Shown here: positions 62,931-64,000 of the stretch, piece after piece
Layout of the letters: every line of letters begins with the position of its first letter
How positions within the stretch are numbered: the stretch's first letter is position 1
Assembly: GCA_013265495.1 (NCBI GenBank)
Contig: MU058584.1
Coordinates: forward strand, 2,794,508-2,858,507
Length of the DNA stretch: 64,000 nucleotides
Direction: 5' to 3'
Source of the DNA: Vicugna vicugna
Lineage: Eukaryota
Translations under genes and position numbers: made by a program
The notes under the pieces: generated by a model
The model's database searches: none
Seen by the model: only the letters and a program-made list of their open reading frames with translations
What the model was told of the DNA's origin: nothing

Positions 62931-64000
62931 TTACAGGTTGGTGAGTGAAGAAGGTGGCCAACTCTTAGCTGGGCACCCACGCCACCTTTCAAAGTCAGAG
63001 ATTTTTCACTGGCGCCTCCTGGTTATTCTGCAGGCCAGCATTAATGCCTTTTTACAACCCAACTGATTTCCTAAAGGCACAGGTGTAAGTAGTGGGGCCA
63101 AGCGTGGGAACTAATTCTTTCGGCTCTAAGTTCTGGGCTCGTTCCGCTCTGCTCCACCTCACCTTGGAGATGCAATCGTTGAACTGTCCTAACTTCTGTC
63201 CCTGGCAAGCAGGAAGCCCAGCCTCTGGTCAGATGAAGGTTCTGGAAAATGGGTTGAGTGTAGGGGGGTGAGGCGGGAGTGAGGTGGTGCTGGCCTGTAG
63301 CTACAGGTCTTGGAAAGACTTGGTTGGGAGAGAGTAAGCCAAGAGACAAGAAATCGTTCGAAGCGTTTCGTATGCGGGGGGCCGAATAAGGAGGCACCGC
63401 CTGGCAAAAGAAGCCCCTGAGGATCTCCAGTGCGAGAGGCTGAGCTAGAGGAACTGAAGGACTGGCAGGAGAGGGGGCAGATCCAGGAGCAGTTTGCTGA
63501 TGCAATGGCATGCCGAGAGGAAGGCTTTGCTGGCTGCCTATGACTTCACCCAGGAGCAGCTGTTAAGGATGCAACGCTATTTCTGAAATCGCCCAAACAT
63601 CAATGACTCTCAAGGTGGAATTTCAGACGCATCAGCAGGCTGGGCACAGATATTTACGGACTGGAGTCTTTCTGACGCCAAGTCGAGACCTCTGCGTGAG
63701 CTCTGTTCCCCCTCCCACCTTGGCCGGCGGTGATGTACTCGGTCTAGATCCTTCGCCGGCCCCAGCCAGCCAAGATTGGAAGGACTGTGAAATCAGAGAT
63801 GGAGAAGGCAGCGGCGACAGAGAGGACTTCCCCTTGACGTCCTGGCAGGTAAAAATAGCTCCTAAGGCCTTGAGGCCACCAAAAGCAATATCAGAAAGGG
63901 AGAAAGTTTCAATAAACCCAACAAGTAGTTCTTAAACATCCATTATTTCCCCAGCTGTTTTGAGGGACAGGGTTATATACTCTTTACACTTCAGGGAGGG

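Overview
Mammalian genomic DNA containing the complete retinoid X receptor gamma gene (RXRG/NR2B3) on the minus strand. The L1 3' ends look cetartiodactyl, and I saw no Bov-A/BovB, PRE1 or CHR SINEs, so a camelid is my tentative guess. All 10 coding exons could be placed at GT-AG junctions: 54495-54543, 37683-37930, 30246-30390, 27550-27729, 21683-21843, 21437-21566, 20212-20344, 18918-19009, 17497-17602 and 12804-12951. They sum to 1392 nt, an intact 463-aa receptor (MYGNYSHFMKF...[13 protein letters not shown]). The gamma1 promoter lies in a CpG island (~54.3-55.0 kb). A second, gamma2-type promoter with a DR1 element (GGTTGA-A-AGGTCA) lies in intron 2 (~36.0-36.25 kb). The rest is intron and intergenic DNA with L1, L2, L3/CR1, MIR, MaLR/ERV LTR and hAT relics plus microsatellites; nearly all other ORFs in the track are chance ORFs. 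I found no new protein-coding system. The most unusual items are non-coding: a 76-bp, 95%-identical inverted repeat in intron 2; four uORFs behind a GCG repeat in the 5' leader; an X-box plus double-CCAAT cassette and a TATA/Inr antisense core-promoter candidate in intron 1; a MER41-like solo LTR carrying TF motifs; and a strong CTCF motif 3' of the gene. Repeat family names are by eye and their boundaries are approximate.
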